Part shown: positions 12,157 to 23,959 of the stretch, one piece after another
How positions within the stretch are numbered: position 1 is the first letter of the stretch
How the letters are laid out: the number at the start of each line of letters is the position of its first letter
Assembly (NCBI RefSeq): GCF_018977255.1
Contig: NW_024704743.1
Coordinates: forward strand, 106,890,001-106,954,000
Direction: 5' to 3'
Origin: Callorhinchus milii
Taxonomy: Eukaryota
Length of the DNA stretch: 64,000 nucleotides
Notes under the pieces: model-generated
What the model was told of the DNA's origin: nothing
Databases searched by the model: none
Seen by the model: only the letters and a program-made list of their open reading frames with translations
Made by a program: the position numbers and the translations under genes

Positions 12157-12475
12157 TAATAATAATAATAATCCTTGCATTTGATATAGCGCTTTTCACA
12201 TCGGGAGGACGTCCCAAAGCGCTTCACAGAACACACTGTAAAGTGAATTGACTGTATATTTGTGGGCGAACGCGGCAGCCAATTGCGCACAGCAATGTCC
12301 CACAAACAGTTGTAGATTGAAAATGACCAATTTATTATTGTTTTTGGTTTTGGAGGGATTATTATTAGGCGTGTGGAGTAAGGAAACTTGCCCAAGGTTT
12401 CGCCCTGTGCCTGGAATTGAACTCGGGTCTCTCGCTTGCAAAGCGAGTGCTCTAACCACTGAACTACAGGACTCC
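12157..12475 (-). mobile_element. Full-length young tRNA-derived SINE (~320 bp)
   Basis: Minus strand: GGAGTCCTGTAGTTCAGTGGTTAGAGCACTCGCTTTGCAAGCGAGAGACCCGAGTTCAATTCC (pol III A and B boxes, anticodon-like arm CTCGC-TTTGCAA-GCGAG), body, L2-like tail, (ATT)n; highly similar copies at 29894, 36999, 43347. Confidence 0.93.
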
Positions 12476-12786
12476 ACAAAGAGAGCTTGTCAAACATTGC
12501 TCTCAATGGCAAGCTATGCGGTTCTATCTGGTTAAACTCCAGCAGGACTCACTGCACACTCTTGGTTCCCCAAGACTTGGCTCTTGCCAACTTGTGCTTA
12601 ATACTCTCCAGAATGAGTTAAGCAGGGTGCACCCTCCAGGGAGAGAATGTCCATTCCATCCAGCAACAAGGGAGATTTTCATGTGTAAATGGCATAAATA
12701 TAAGGAACATTGTCTTGGTTTCGATACTCTTCAAGCATGGTGATGGGTTTCTGCATGTGTTAGAAGCTCAGCTGAGCAAAATAATT

Positions 12787-13621
12787 TCTAGTGGTGCATC
12801 TACTCAATGAATTGTTTGTATGGGCAAAATATCAGCTTCTACACTGTACAACGGTAATTGGAGATGAGGACAGGATTGGTCATTCTCAAATAGCCTGCCA
12901 TCTGAGTATGTATTTTGTAGACGAACGCAGCATTTATGCTTCAATATAACATGAACTGTTTCTACAAAACCTACCTAGCAAAGAAATTTTTGTATCTTCC
13001 TTTCTGACCATTTGTGTTCTCACTCCACGACTATTTGGGACACTGCTGTGCACAATTGGCTGTTGTGTTTTGCCCACAAAATATACAGGCAATCTACTTT
13101 GCAGTATATCCTATAAAGCAATTTGAGACGTCTCGAAGATGTGATAGGTAATGCACTATATCAAATGTGAGAATTATTATTTTCACGCAGACAAGAAATC
13201 AATCTACATTCTGTATTTACACTCCAACAATCACACAAACCGGGTCAAGAAAATCAAACCAGTGGCAAGTACTTGACCATTTTCTACCTACCTGCAAGGT
13301 ATGGGGTGTGGAGGGGGAGGAGAGCATTTGTAACTATTCTAATTATCACTCAAAATGGAAATTTCTCATATATTGTGGGGTTTACTAGTCTTGCTGAAGG
13401 TACAACTCATGTTAATGTGTGCTCCATGACCCTGGATAAGTGCCCTCGAGGACCTCACTCTGATGACTGTTCAACATTTGTGAACCTGGAGAACGAGTAT
13501 TGGCAGATGGCAGGCTATTTGAGAATGACCAATCCTGTCCTCATCTCCAATTACCTTTGTACAGTGTAGAAGATGATATTTTGCCTATACAATCACTTCA
13601 TTGAGTAAATGCACCACTAGA
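12787..13621. repeat. Inverted repeat, 118-bp arms (12787-12904 / 13504-13621), 599-bp spacer
   Basis: Manual alignment: 6 mismatches, no gaps; inner ~52 bp perfectly complementary. Confidence 0.95.
13020..13182 (+). mobile_element. SINE 3' fragment inside the inverted-repeat spacer
   Basis: gggacactgctgtgcacaattggctg...tatcaaatgtgagaattattatt. Confidence 0.85.
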
Positions 13622-14254
13622 GTTATATTCTACTTATATTTATATCCTACTATAAATCCAGTTTGAGATAGACTCCTGAGCTGAAAGCCGCCAAAACAAA
13701 TGCAAGGATTATTATAACTTTACAGCACCGATTTCTGCTGGCTCGTTGAAAAATAAATTTGTTTAACTGCCTTTTCCCAACAATGAGACAGGCTGACAAG
13801 GCTGTCATCAACAGTACTTTGGTGTACTGAGGATCCTTCTAGCTCAATAGCCAGACTACCAAGTCCGCCACAGAGAGTTGACTCGATTCTAACATTTTGT
13901 TGCCAAGCATTTCACCTTGGAGTCAGTTTAATTCCAAGGAAGCCCCAATTATGTCACCCCACCCCCCAGTTAGAGTTGAGTGTGTGTGTATTGCCACATT
14001 TAGATACAGCAAAGTAATTCAAGCGTTTTAACAGTTGGTAGCTCTTATTCTTTATCGTTAAGAAAGTGAAATAGATTGTGAAGTTTGGTGCTCCTATTGT
14101 TTACATGCTCAAAGACGTGCAAATCAGAAGGATGTAAAAATAAAGCGTACTTGACCAAAGGACGTTTGTTGAATGAGAGGAATAGGCTGCAGCTTGCTTG
14201 CTGATATTTTTAGCAGAATTCTTGCTCGAACCAATAGGTTAATTAGGTTTAGTT

Positions 14255-14735
14255 GGATCCATGCGTTTGTCACCTCCTGATTCAACTTTTCAAATGCCCT
14301 CTTTGCCAGTTTCCCCAGCTCCATCATGCACAGGAACCAGCCAACCCAAACCAACACTGCCTGCATACTATCCCGACCTAAACTCCGTACCCCCATCACA
14401 CCAGTTCTAGCCACACTCCACTGGCTCCCCATCACTGAATGGATCGATTTCAAGATACTTACATTTGTTTTCAAATCCCTTCATGCCCTGGCACCTTGCT
14501 ACCTTGGTTCCACCATTGATTGCCACACTTTCAGCCCTTTCGTCCCAAAACTCTGGAATACTCTTCCTCTATCCCTCCGCCTCAACCCTTCCTTCCCCAT
14601 CTTCAGGTCGTGCCTGAAGACCTTCCTATTCGACCATGCCTACGCTCACCTCCCCCAGGCTCGGCGTCATGCTCCGCCACTATCAAGCATTCTGGGACAC
14701 TACCCTGCGTGAGGATATTTTAATGCAAGAGTTGC
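14255..14735 (+). mobile_element. Degenerate L2 3' fragment with internal deletion
   Basis: Translation PITPVLATLHWLPITEWIDFKILTFVFKSLHALAP...KLWNTLPLSLR...LKTFLF. Confidence 0.88.
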
Positions 14736-15559
14736 ATTTTATACCTAATGCTGCATTGTACTCCATTTATTAGGCAAATGCCTCGACACCCTGTCTTCTA
14801 ATGCAATACATCACTTGGGAGTTCCTGGCCTCTGCTTGGCATCTCCCTCAGAAACGATTGCCAAAGTTAGAAACTTAGTCATTTGTGGAAACTGTTAGGT
14901 CAGAATGCAACTTAACCCTCTGTGAGACGGTGTGGCATGTGAGTTGGTTTAGAGTTGGAAAGGTTTTATGTTCTTTGCTTTTGCCATGTCTACAAACATT
15001 TGCTCAGCCTTCAGCAACTTGAGGGTGACTTGCCTTAAGATTATTTTTCTTTCTCCCTCCCATCCTGGAGGGAAGCAGCTGGCGTCTGCTCAATGCTTCT
15101 GCCAATGGCTTAGATTAGATAGAACCCGTCTTCTACAACAGCACTCATGGCACAACATGTTGGAGCCCCAGTCTGGTACAGAACCTCTACATGGTTGAGA
15201 TAAATCTACCTACTACAGAATTTTATTCTTGCAAACCGTTTTGAATTTGACATGACGTTTATCTTTTACACTTGTTTTACTTTTGCAACTGGTACCACTA
15301 ATGGAGTTAAAATAACACTTGTCAAAAAATAAACTGAGATTATCTCTTACCATCTCTTGCTGGAAAAACCCCCTCAGGATACAAAGTACAACTCCTCCAG
15401 GCAATCTATACGTATGCTGCTCCAAGAGAGCTCAATTTCATGAGATCTCGGACAGGAGCTGAGGTTTCATGTGTCAGAGTGATATAGAGTGGGCTCCCAG
15501 CAAGAGATGTACTTTATGCCTTTAGATTCATTTTCTTAAGTTAACATGTACAAAACAAA

Positions 15560-15741
15560 TCCAAACACCTCGGTTTAACTTCTCATCCAAATGACTGCAC
15601 CTCTGACAATGCAGCAGACATCCCTCTTCAATTGCATTTGAATGTCAGCCAGGACCTTGAGCTCAAAATCCTGATGTGGAGTTTGAACCCGCAACCTTCT
15701 GACTCAGAGGTGAGAGTACTAACAACTCAGCCAGCCTGACA
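15560..15741 (-). mobile_element. Old Deu-domain SINE, 5' half
   Basis: Minus strand head gtcaggctggctgagttgttagtactctcacctctgagtcagaaggttgcgggttcaaac. Confidence 0.8.
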
Positions 15742-17295
15742 ATTATGATAAACATGGTTTTCATTCAAGAAAATCAATCTAGTAAATGCTGTTCAATCTG
15801 AACTGCTTACTCTACACTTCAGTTCAATGTGAAAGTTACCCCATCCCAGAAGTGGCTGAGTTAGTCACCGTAGCACTGCTATGCTGATCATGGAGTGGCG
15901 TATTACTGATTACAGAATCTCGACAACTAAACACACACCGAGATAATGGCTAATGCGTGTTTAGTGATATAACTGGAATTATCTGAGGAAAATCCAATTG
16001 TTGTTTGTTTGGCCAGAGTGTTTTGAATGATGTGTGCAGACCTATGTGGGAATTGTTAATGTTTGTGAATAGCTGATCACCAAAGCACAGCAACAGATCT
16101 GTCCCTTAAAGATTTTTTGATCAGCAAAAAGCTTTTAAAGGTCTGTTTTTGAGCAGAGATTGGATTGATTTGCTCTACCTGTATTTTGTCCTGCAGCGGT
16201 CTTAATCAATGATCTGGTGAAACCTCTTGTTCGAGGTTTATGTTGGATAGGCAGTGCTCCTGATTTATGTAGGATAGTTCCAAAATGCAAGAAACCATTG
16301 ACAAATACTGTGTTAAATCTTGCAGGTATCTAGATATGCATCACCTGACCTGTGAGAACTCCATTCTTAACAAGATCTCCTTTCAAGCATGTTAACTGGG
16401 TAAAGTTTCTGCGGGTCAGTGTAACACATGTTTAGTTATCTGCAGGATTCAATATTTACAAATCATGTTGTGAATACATATTTTGAAGTTGACTGATTTG
16501 TATCTGGAGATTTACTTTCAGGTTGCTGCAATAGCAAATCTATTGTCACAAGGGTCCTTTTCACTTTTTTACATCTGCAGGTGCATGATAACCTGTTGGA
16601 TTTTTATCAAAGTGTTCATATGAAGAATTTGCTTAGATTTATTGGACTCTAAAGGAAAAATAATTGATTGGCCTGAATTGTTCGCAATGGGTGAGAAATT
16701 CCTCACATTCCTGCAAATTGTGGTGATTTTGCTGTTGTTCGCTAACAGGGAGATTTCAGCCACGTTAGTGGAGATTATCAAAGCCACTTCAAAAACTCCC
16801 ATCAAAGATTTTTCACCCAGTTCTTTTATTTGATTTTTTTTTAAAAAGATTTTGATGAGGCACAACCTTTAACTTGTAAGAGTGTTTAAGTGTATATACT
16901 GTGTAGAGTATGAGGGCTGAAGATAAAACTGATCAGATACAATTCATATGAATATTATTTGATGTTGTAACTGTTTCCTCATTTGATAGGATCTTTACTC
17001 CCCAGTGGATTTTGCGATTCCGCTATGTGTGTTGTGTATAGTATATAACAGGAAAATGTTACTTCACAGAATGAACAATATCAAAATCTAAACCAGCTGT
17101 TCATTCAGTACAACTTTTTTTTGTTAAGTACAATTTTGGTTCTGAAAACAATTCATTGAGACTCACAATATCGTAAAGTCTGAGATTCGTGCGCAGCTTG
17201 GTTTATTAGGAGTAATTATTTTTACCACCTACTTTTGTGAAACTAAGCGATTAATAAACTGGCAACATAACCTTTTATGTGAGGCTGTCTTATCC

Positions 17296-17708
17296 GTGTC
17301 AGCCTGGTTCACCTCTTGCCTCTGAGTCATAAATTGTGGGTTGAACCTCCTATAATAAGACTTTGAGCTGATAGTCAAAGCTGACCTTCCATGTTGGGGA
17401 AGTACTGCATTATTAGAGGCGCCATCTTTCAGATGAGGCGCTAATCTAAATTCATGTTCAGGTGGTCATTAAAATCCATGATGCCATTCAAAAAGAAAAG
17501 GATTTGTTTCCCCGGTGTCTTCGCCAACAATCTTCTAGATAAAATTTCATAGTTGTTTCTGGGACATTGCTTGTCTGCAAATGTGCTACTGCATTCACCC
17601 ACAAATACTGAATCACTACATTACACTCTACATTAAATCCTGTGAAGTGGTTCGCGACATTTTGACAACGTGATAAGGCCCTATATCAAATACAAGGATT
17701 ATTATAAT
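17296..17708 (+). mobile_element. Near full-length old tRNA-headed Deu-domain SINE
   Basis: Head gtgtcagcctgg...cttgcctctgagtca, central gtactgcattattagaggcgccatctttcagatgag, tail tatatcaaatacaaggattattat. Confidence 0.85.
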
Positions 17709-18839
17709 TAGCTGGAATAGTATTCTTCATAGAATACGTATTTATATTCCTAAAAACCTAGGTTTCCCACATGCCATCATGTTTTGGGTTAATAGTTCTC
17801 TTGCATCTCACAGCAATATGAATGGCTGCAGGTTTCAAGTTAAATGTCTCTGTGCTTTTCTCGGGAATGGTAAGACAATGGGGATCTCTAGTATGCTAAT
17901 TGTTTAAAATAACAAACCATTGGTTATAAACAAGTATTGTAAAGGTGGTTATTTTTAGCATTTGGTGCATAATAGACCCCATTGTCTCTAGTTAGCAATA
18001 AATTTGTTAATAGATGAGTGACTCATAGAAACTTAAAACATCCTTATTATTTTGACCATTTTGCCCAGGTCCCTTTCCCCCTTGTATCCTGCTTGCCGCC
18101 ATGAGTTGGTGACACAGGCTGGACTGCAGACTCCTCAATGACTACTAACATTCCATGATACTGGCCAGCAGAAGGCTTATTGCAGCATGACTCCATCTGT
18201 TCTGCCCAGGACCTGTCATAACAATGCTGAGGTATTTGAGTCTAATGTGCCTGATATATTGCGCCTTCAATGCTGGTGCTGCACAGATATTCTGAGGTTG
18301 CTGGTGCCAAGTAAGAAATAATGCTGCCAAGTATGAACATAAGGGAAATGCGACCTTACGTCTTCTGTGCTTTGAACCGGCCATTGGTACAAGCCCTGTT
18401 TTTAATGTGATTTATTTAATTCATGTTAATTATAACGATCTTTACTGTCCATTTGTCCTTAATTGATTGAAAGCTGAGTGCATTTGGAGGCTGACAAGAG
18501 CGCTCCATGTGTGTGTTTGAAAGTGTCTATATTTTACAGTAACCACAGCTGCCCCTCATTCTGGAGTCACTGCACCAGCATGTGCATTGGGCCAGCAAAC
18601 AGTTCTGGAAGTAGCATCTGGTTGAGAAACAACTGCTCAACCACTTGTCTTATTCTGTTGTCAGTAATCCTTGCTTCAAGCCGCTGATTTGTGGCCAGTT
18701 GCAGTTCCATGGTCTTTGGCAACGTTCTGTTAGTGTGGACAAGTGTGGGAGCTGACAATGAGGTGCTGCTAGGCTTTTGACAATGGGGACATATTGCAGC
18801 TGATCCTGATCATGTCCTAACCCAGTGTTCACCCACAAA

Positions 18840-19017
18840 GCACGCAGTCATTCCACTTTACAGTAATATTCTGTGAAGTGCTTTTAGATGTCCTAACGTA
18901 GAAGGCGCTATACAATATATTCGGTGAAGTGTTTTCAGATGTCTCAACGGCATGATAAGGTGCTTTATCAAATGCATGGATCATTATTATTAATCCAAAT
19001 GTAAGGATTATTATTAT
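18840..19017 (+). mobile_element. Stack of tandem SINE/L2 3' tails
   Basis: Two successive gtgaagtg(c)ttt(t/c)agatgtc...g(c/t)gct units and two caaatg(c/t)a.gga.(c)attatt ends. Confidence 0.75.
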
Positions 19018-19769
19018 ACTCTCATATGTTTAGTTTCTAGCAGAGTTGACAACAATAAATAGTGGGGAAACCTAATTGATTTTTACTCTACCCAAACCCA
19101 GGTCACTACTGATGCCCTGGCTGAGATCAGCTAACTCAGCACAGACCAAAGTGGAGCTAGAGGCCTTCCCGGTCTGTACAGTTAAGTTTAACATTAAGCA
19201 GTGCTTTCGTCAAGTGAACCGTAATGGGGGTTCTCTTCTGTCAGTGTTAAAACTGAACATAGTCAAGTTACATGAAGCTTTTTATAAAAAAAGAACTCTG
19301 ACAGTGATGGACTACAACAACCATTTACATTTAAATAATGGCTTTCACAGTGGATAACCTTGGAGCGCTTCACAGTGTCAGGGCTGGACTACTGCATGTA
19401 AACGCACTCTGGGACTCTATCCTGCGTGAGGGGCACTTTGTAACTGTAAGTTGTTGATGTGTAGAAAATATTTACTTCTGAATATTAATTGTACGTTCAA
19501 AACCTTTCTGTTTTGTAAAGAAAAGTGATGTTGCTATCCTGAGTTATCAGCCAGACACCTAGGTTTGCTGAAACATCATTAATGATATGATCTCCATGGC
19601 ATCAACCCTTTCATATGCAGACTATTTCCCCAGGCAACAGTTTCTCAGTTGAACAATCTCCTGCTGCTGTAAGATCTCAACAATTCATTTGAGATGAGGA
19701 AGGAATGATATACAGATATTCAACAAAACATCCGAAATCCTAAAAATATCATAATGCCCATAATGCTGA

Positions 19770-20015
19770 AAAAGTGGGCTCTGCTAGTTTGTCTTCTGAA
19801 ACTCCATCTCAGAGTCCCTCCTCCTCACTCATCATGGCCTTTAAATCCTGTCTTAAAGCCTTTCTTTTCAACTGTGCTTTTGGTCAACTCTGTCCCACCC
19901 CACCCTCCTCCCCCTGCTCCCTTTACTCGCAGCTTGGGCTCCCAGCAGTTCCTCTGAAGTGCTTTGAGACATCCTTCCATGGTGAAAGGAGCCGAATCAA
20001 TGTGAAATGTTGTTC
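19770..20015 (+). mobile_element. Degenerate L2 3'UTR fragment
   Basis: cctttaaatcctgtcttaaagcctttcttttcaactgtgcttttggtca...gagacatccttccatggtgaaagg...aaatgttgtt. Confidence 0.7.
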
Positions 20016-20424
20016 ATATGCAAGTTATTTTGAGCTGGCAGTGATATTGCAGTGATATTGCAAACGTATGCAATTGGTGAAATTTTTTGGAAATAGTAAA
20101 GCAATGTGTGCAGTATCTGAAAACAGGTTTCTTTTAGCGGTAGAGAAGGTTAACCACACACCATGCCACAACTAATGAAAGTATGTGTGAAATCAAGTGT
20201 CAGCACTTTCCTAGCCAGCTGCTACTAGAGATATACCAGGGCAGCACATAATGATATTGTCTTGTACTGGGATGTGTTTTCTCCATTTCCGCCCCTCCCC
20301 CCCTTCCCTCTTGGTGTAAAACGTTCTTAGTTCTTGACAGCTATTTGCCATGATGTCCAATCTGTTATGATGGAGAATTGAAAGTCTATCTTCATGTCTA
20401 AATAGCACCACTGCGAGCAACAAC

Positions 20425-21063
20425 CACAACAAGATTGTGTTTCTATAGCGCCTTTCATGTCGGGAGGATGTCCCAAGGCCTGGACAGAGTACAGCATTTC
20501 AGACCCGAGCTGGGGTTGGGGGGGGTAAGGAGGGGAGCGGAAAGGTGGCTGGCCGATGACATGGTCGAAGAGGAAGGTCTTGAGGCAGGACTTGAAGGAG
20601 GCGAAGGAGGGGGCGAGGCGGAGTGACTGGGGGATGGAATTCCATAGGTTAGGGGCAGAGTGGCTGAAGGCTCTCCGGCCAATGGTGGGGCGGGAGCAGG
20701 CCAGAGCCGGCTGAGTGGAGGGAACAGGCGGGTTGGTAGGGGACTAGGAGGTCGCAGAGGTAGGGTGGGGCGAGGCCATGGAGGGCTTTGTAGGTGAGGA
20801 CCAGGATCTTAAACTGGATCCTCTGAAGGATAGGGAGCCAATGGAGTCGGGCGAGAGTGGGAGAGATGGGGTCACGGAGTTTGGTGTGGAAGAGGACACG
20901 GGCTGCAGAGTTCTGGATTATTTGCAGCCTGTGGAGGGAGGAATTGGGAAGGCTGACAAGCAGGGCGTTTGCATAGTCGAACCTAGAGGTGATGAAGGCA
21001 TGAACAAGAGTTTCAGAGACTTAAGGGGTGAGGTAGTGGCAGAGTCGGGCGATGTTACGGAGA
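20425..21063 (-). mobile_element. 5'-truncated L2 LINE, closely similar to 713-1602
   Basis: Antisense ORF MEGFVGEDQDLKLDPLKDREPMESGES nearly identical to that of the 713-1602 copy; same 3'UTR and tail. Confidence 0.93.
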
Positions 21064-21089
21064 TTCCTTTACATTCACTTTCTTAATTA

Positions 21090-21335
21090 TGTGCCTCTGC
21101 AAGAAAATCAAAGCAGAGTTGAAGAAATAGGCACCTGAACTACAAGGACAAGCTACAGAAGCTGTGAATATTCACCCATGAGTCAAAAAATACACAGGGC
21201 AGATCTTACTGAAGTATTCAAGATCCTAAAGGGTTATAGATAAACTGAACCCTAATGATATGAAAAAAACCTTACAACGGGACACGGACCCAACATCAGA
21301 AGAGGGAAGGTTCATTCTTCCACACATAGAGGTGA
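21090..21335 (+). mobile_element. Degenerate CR1 LINE ORF2 C-terminal fragment
   Basis: ctgaactacaaggacaagcta...ggcagatcttactgaagtattcaagatcctaaagggttatagataaa (DLTEVFKILKG motif). Confidence 0.7.
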
Positions 21336-22994
21336 ATATAGTCACACCCTTTATTATGATAACATAATGGTTTGGATTTTTAAAATGAGTCTTCATGTTA
21401 TAGTGTTGTAGAGTGTGGTCACTGGTTAGTGCTTCCTATGTTGACATTGTCCCTGATGTCGCAGGAAGCGAGCTGTCAGTGATGATCGCTCTCGTCAGCA
21501 TTTCCAGAGATTGCTGGGGTAGGACACCGTTGAGCTTTTGCAGCAGCCATTTGTACAAGGCATTGTCCCGCAAACATTTGTGGACTGAGTCCCAAAGTTA
21601 AGCGCTCTGGGACACTACCCCGTGTGAGGGGCGCTATATAAATGCAAGTTGTTGTTGTTGACAAATTATTATTTTATTTACTTTTTTTAAAAAGGATTAT
21701 TACTCCCAGAAAGTGATCCGCCAATCGACTAACAACGATTCCTACTCACTGCTAGGTAAAGAGGCGTGCCTAATCATAGAACTGTAGATTGATTGCAGGT
21801 CGGATAATTAAAGAATAAATGAATATGAGAGAGTAGTGCAGGATTTATTTTACGTTAGGATCAGCCAGATGGCCAGCACTGCACTGGTCCTGTATATTTT
21901 TATATTGCTATTTAAAGTCAATCATATGAGAAATTGTCAATTACATTATTGCCAGCTGACTATTTAACTGTTGTGAAACAGCTGTGAAATAAAATTGATA
22001 GTACGCATTAAATGAGGAGTTCTGTTTGCCCAGGTGATCATGGAATCCAGGAAAACCTTGCTTACCTAGCATAAACATTCCACCTGTGGTCGAGATGAAA
22101 ATATTCTTGACTTCAGTCCACCAATTTACAAAAACAATTCAAGAAGGATTGCAAGAACAACTTTGGAACAAGAGTTTTGTGGTTTGAGGTTCTCAGTGGA
22201 TTAGTGAATGGGTTAAAGTTGGAAAAAGGGATTTTCTCTGTGGGTCATATACCTCTGAAGGGAAGAGCAATAAGAATCTGTAAGTTTGTTGTTATTACAC
22301 TGTAAACTAGTTGTGTTGGCATCTTGTTCAAAGTATTCAGACTGCAAAGATAAGATAACCATTCAATCCTGAAGGGAATTGTGAATCCTATGTGATTATG
22401 TTTAAGTCCTTTATATTCAGACTATTGAAGGGATTGAAGTGCAATATTATATGCTGTTTACTGTGGAAGTTTTTTTTATTTCTGTGCATTAAATACGTGT
22501 AGATTTTAATGTTTAGCCAAAAAAACAAGAGCAAAAGGAGGTGATAGGACAATTCTCAGCAGCCAATGCAAGTATCAAAGCACGTTGCTGGCACTGCTCA
22601 CAAGCTCAAGAATGATAATATTTTAGAAGACAAAAGGTTGGCGTTTGATTCGGAAAATCTTTTGGCATTGATTCAATTTGGTGATTCTTAACACTGCTTA
22701 AGAGATAAAAATAGCACTCAAACTGTTATTCCTAATGAAACCGGTTAAATTTGGAACTTAGTAATAACATTAATTTGCAATATCAAACAATGATACCACA
22801 GCAGGTAGCACACTTCCCTCAGTTTAACCTTGGGTATTGTTTTGCTCTTGGCTTTTATTCTCATTGTTGTGCATTGCTCAGCGCAACTTTTTTTTGTAGT
22901 GTGAGATTAATTTTTTTGAGTGTTGGACAAAGGGCCGGTGAAATTTGGGGTCTTGGAGATGCATGACAGTAGCCTGGAGTAATTATCCTATTTA

Positions 22995-23095
22995 TTTTTT
23001 CCTTCGGGGAAGAGCTTGACCTGCATTTAGCATCTGCCCATGATTGTCATAGGCAGATGCTAAATACAGGTCAAACTCTTCCCCAAAGGAAGAAA
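22995..23095. repeat. Near-perfect palindrome/hairpin, 45-bp core stem, 3-nt loop
   Basis: 22999-23043 pairs with 23047-23091 with 4 mismatches and no bulges. Confidence 0.95.
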
Positions 23096-23188
23096 ATAGC
23101 TGAGATTTAGTTCCTTTTATATAGAGAGAAGTGCATGTCTTAGCCCTCCATGACATAGTGAGTTCAGTATTCATTGCGTTATGCATAT

Positions 23189-23455
23189 AATAATAATAAT
23201 CCTTGCATTCAATAGCGCCTTATCACATTGTTGAGACATCTCAAAAGTGCTTTACAGAGTATACTGTAAAATTAATTGACTATATTTTGTGGGCGAAACA
23301 CGGTGGCCAATTGAATACAGCAGTATCCCACAAACAGTCGTAGATTGAATGATCAAATCATTATTTATTTCCTTTTTTTTGGAAAGATTATTACCCTGGA
23401 AAGAGACTAACAACTGGATTCCTACTTACTGCTTGGTAAACAGAGGCATGTGGAG
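23189..23455 (-). mobile_element. SINE, longer variant of the young family, lacking head
   Basis: (TAA)n, tail and body, plus an extra segment also at 21690-21775 and 35850-35885. Confidence 0.85.
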
Positions 23456-23959
23456 TGATCTATCTCAGTGTTACCTTTGATCTTTACTGTTTTCTCTGCT
23501 GGAGAGGACATAAATATTTAGCATCAATCTATACATAACATAGTGTGTATTTTGTGGCACCCATTTGACCTTTGAATTTTCCAAAAACACACAACTCCTG
23601 GTCCATGTAACCTCCGTAATTGCAACTCTTCATAAAACGTTTGTTGCAAGAGTCTGATTTGTATTCAAAGTTACCGTTGAAAAAATGTGTCCCATCTTTC
23701 CTCGGATTCATACTATTAAAGAAAAAAATCTTGCAATTAATTGCTCTTAATTTTGTTCCCGAAACGCTGCTGTAATCATTTATTTTCAAGATGTTTTGTT
23801 TCGATAGACTCACGACACTTATGGTGTGCACAACACAGGACGTAGAGAAAAATAGGACTTAAGAGCTTTGATGATAAACCCAGAAAAACATTCTGCCTTC
23901 ATAACAGGAAACCTGGACCTTTCCGGTGCATACTTGTGCATTTTATCAGCCTGTGTTCA

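Noticed and set aside
12400..12475. tRNA-Ala(TGC)-like gene
   Set aside because: No proper acceptor stem; continues into SINE body; loop sequence varies among copies.
16668..16762. Weak inverted termini tggcctgaa...ttcagcca (similar weak case at 32277-32370)
   Set aside because: Matches too short to support by eye; may be decayed MITEs.
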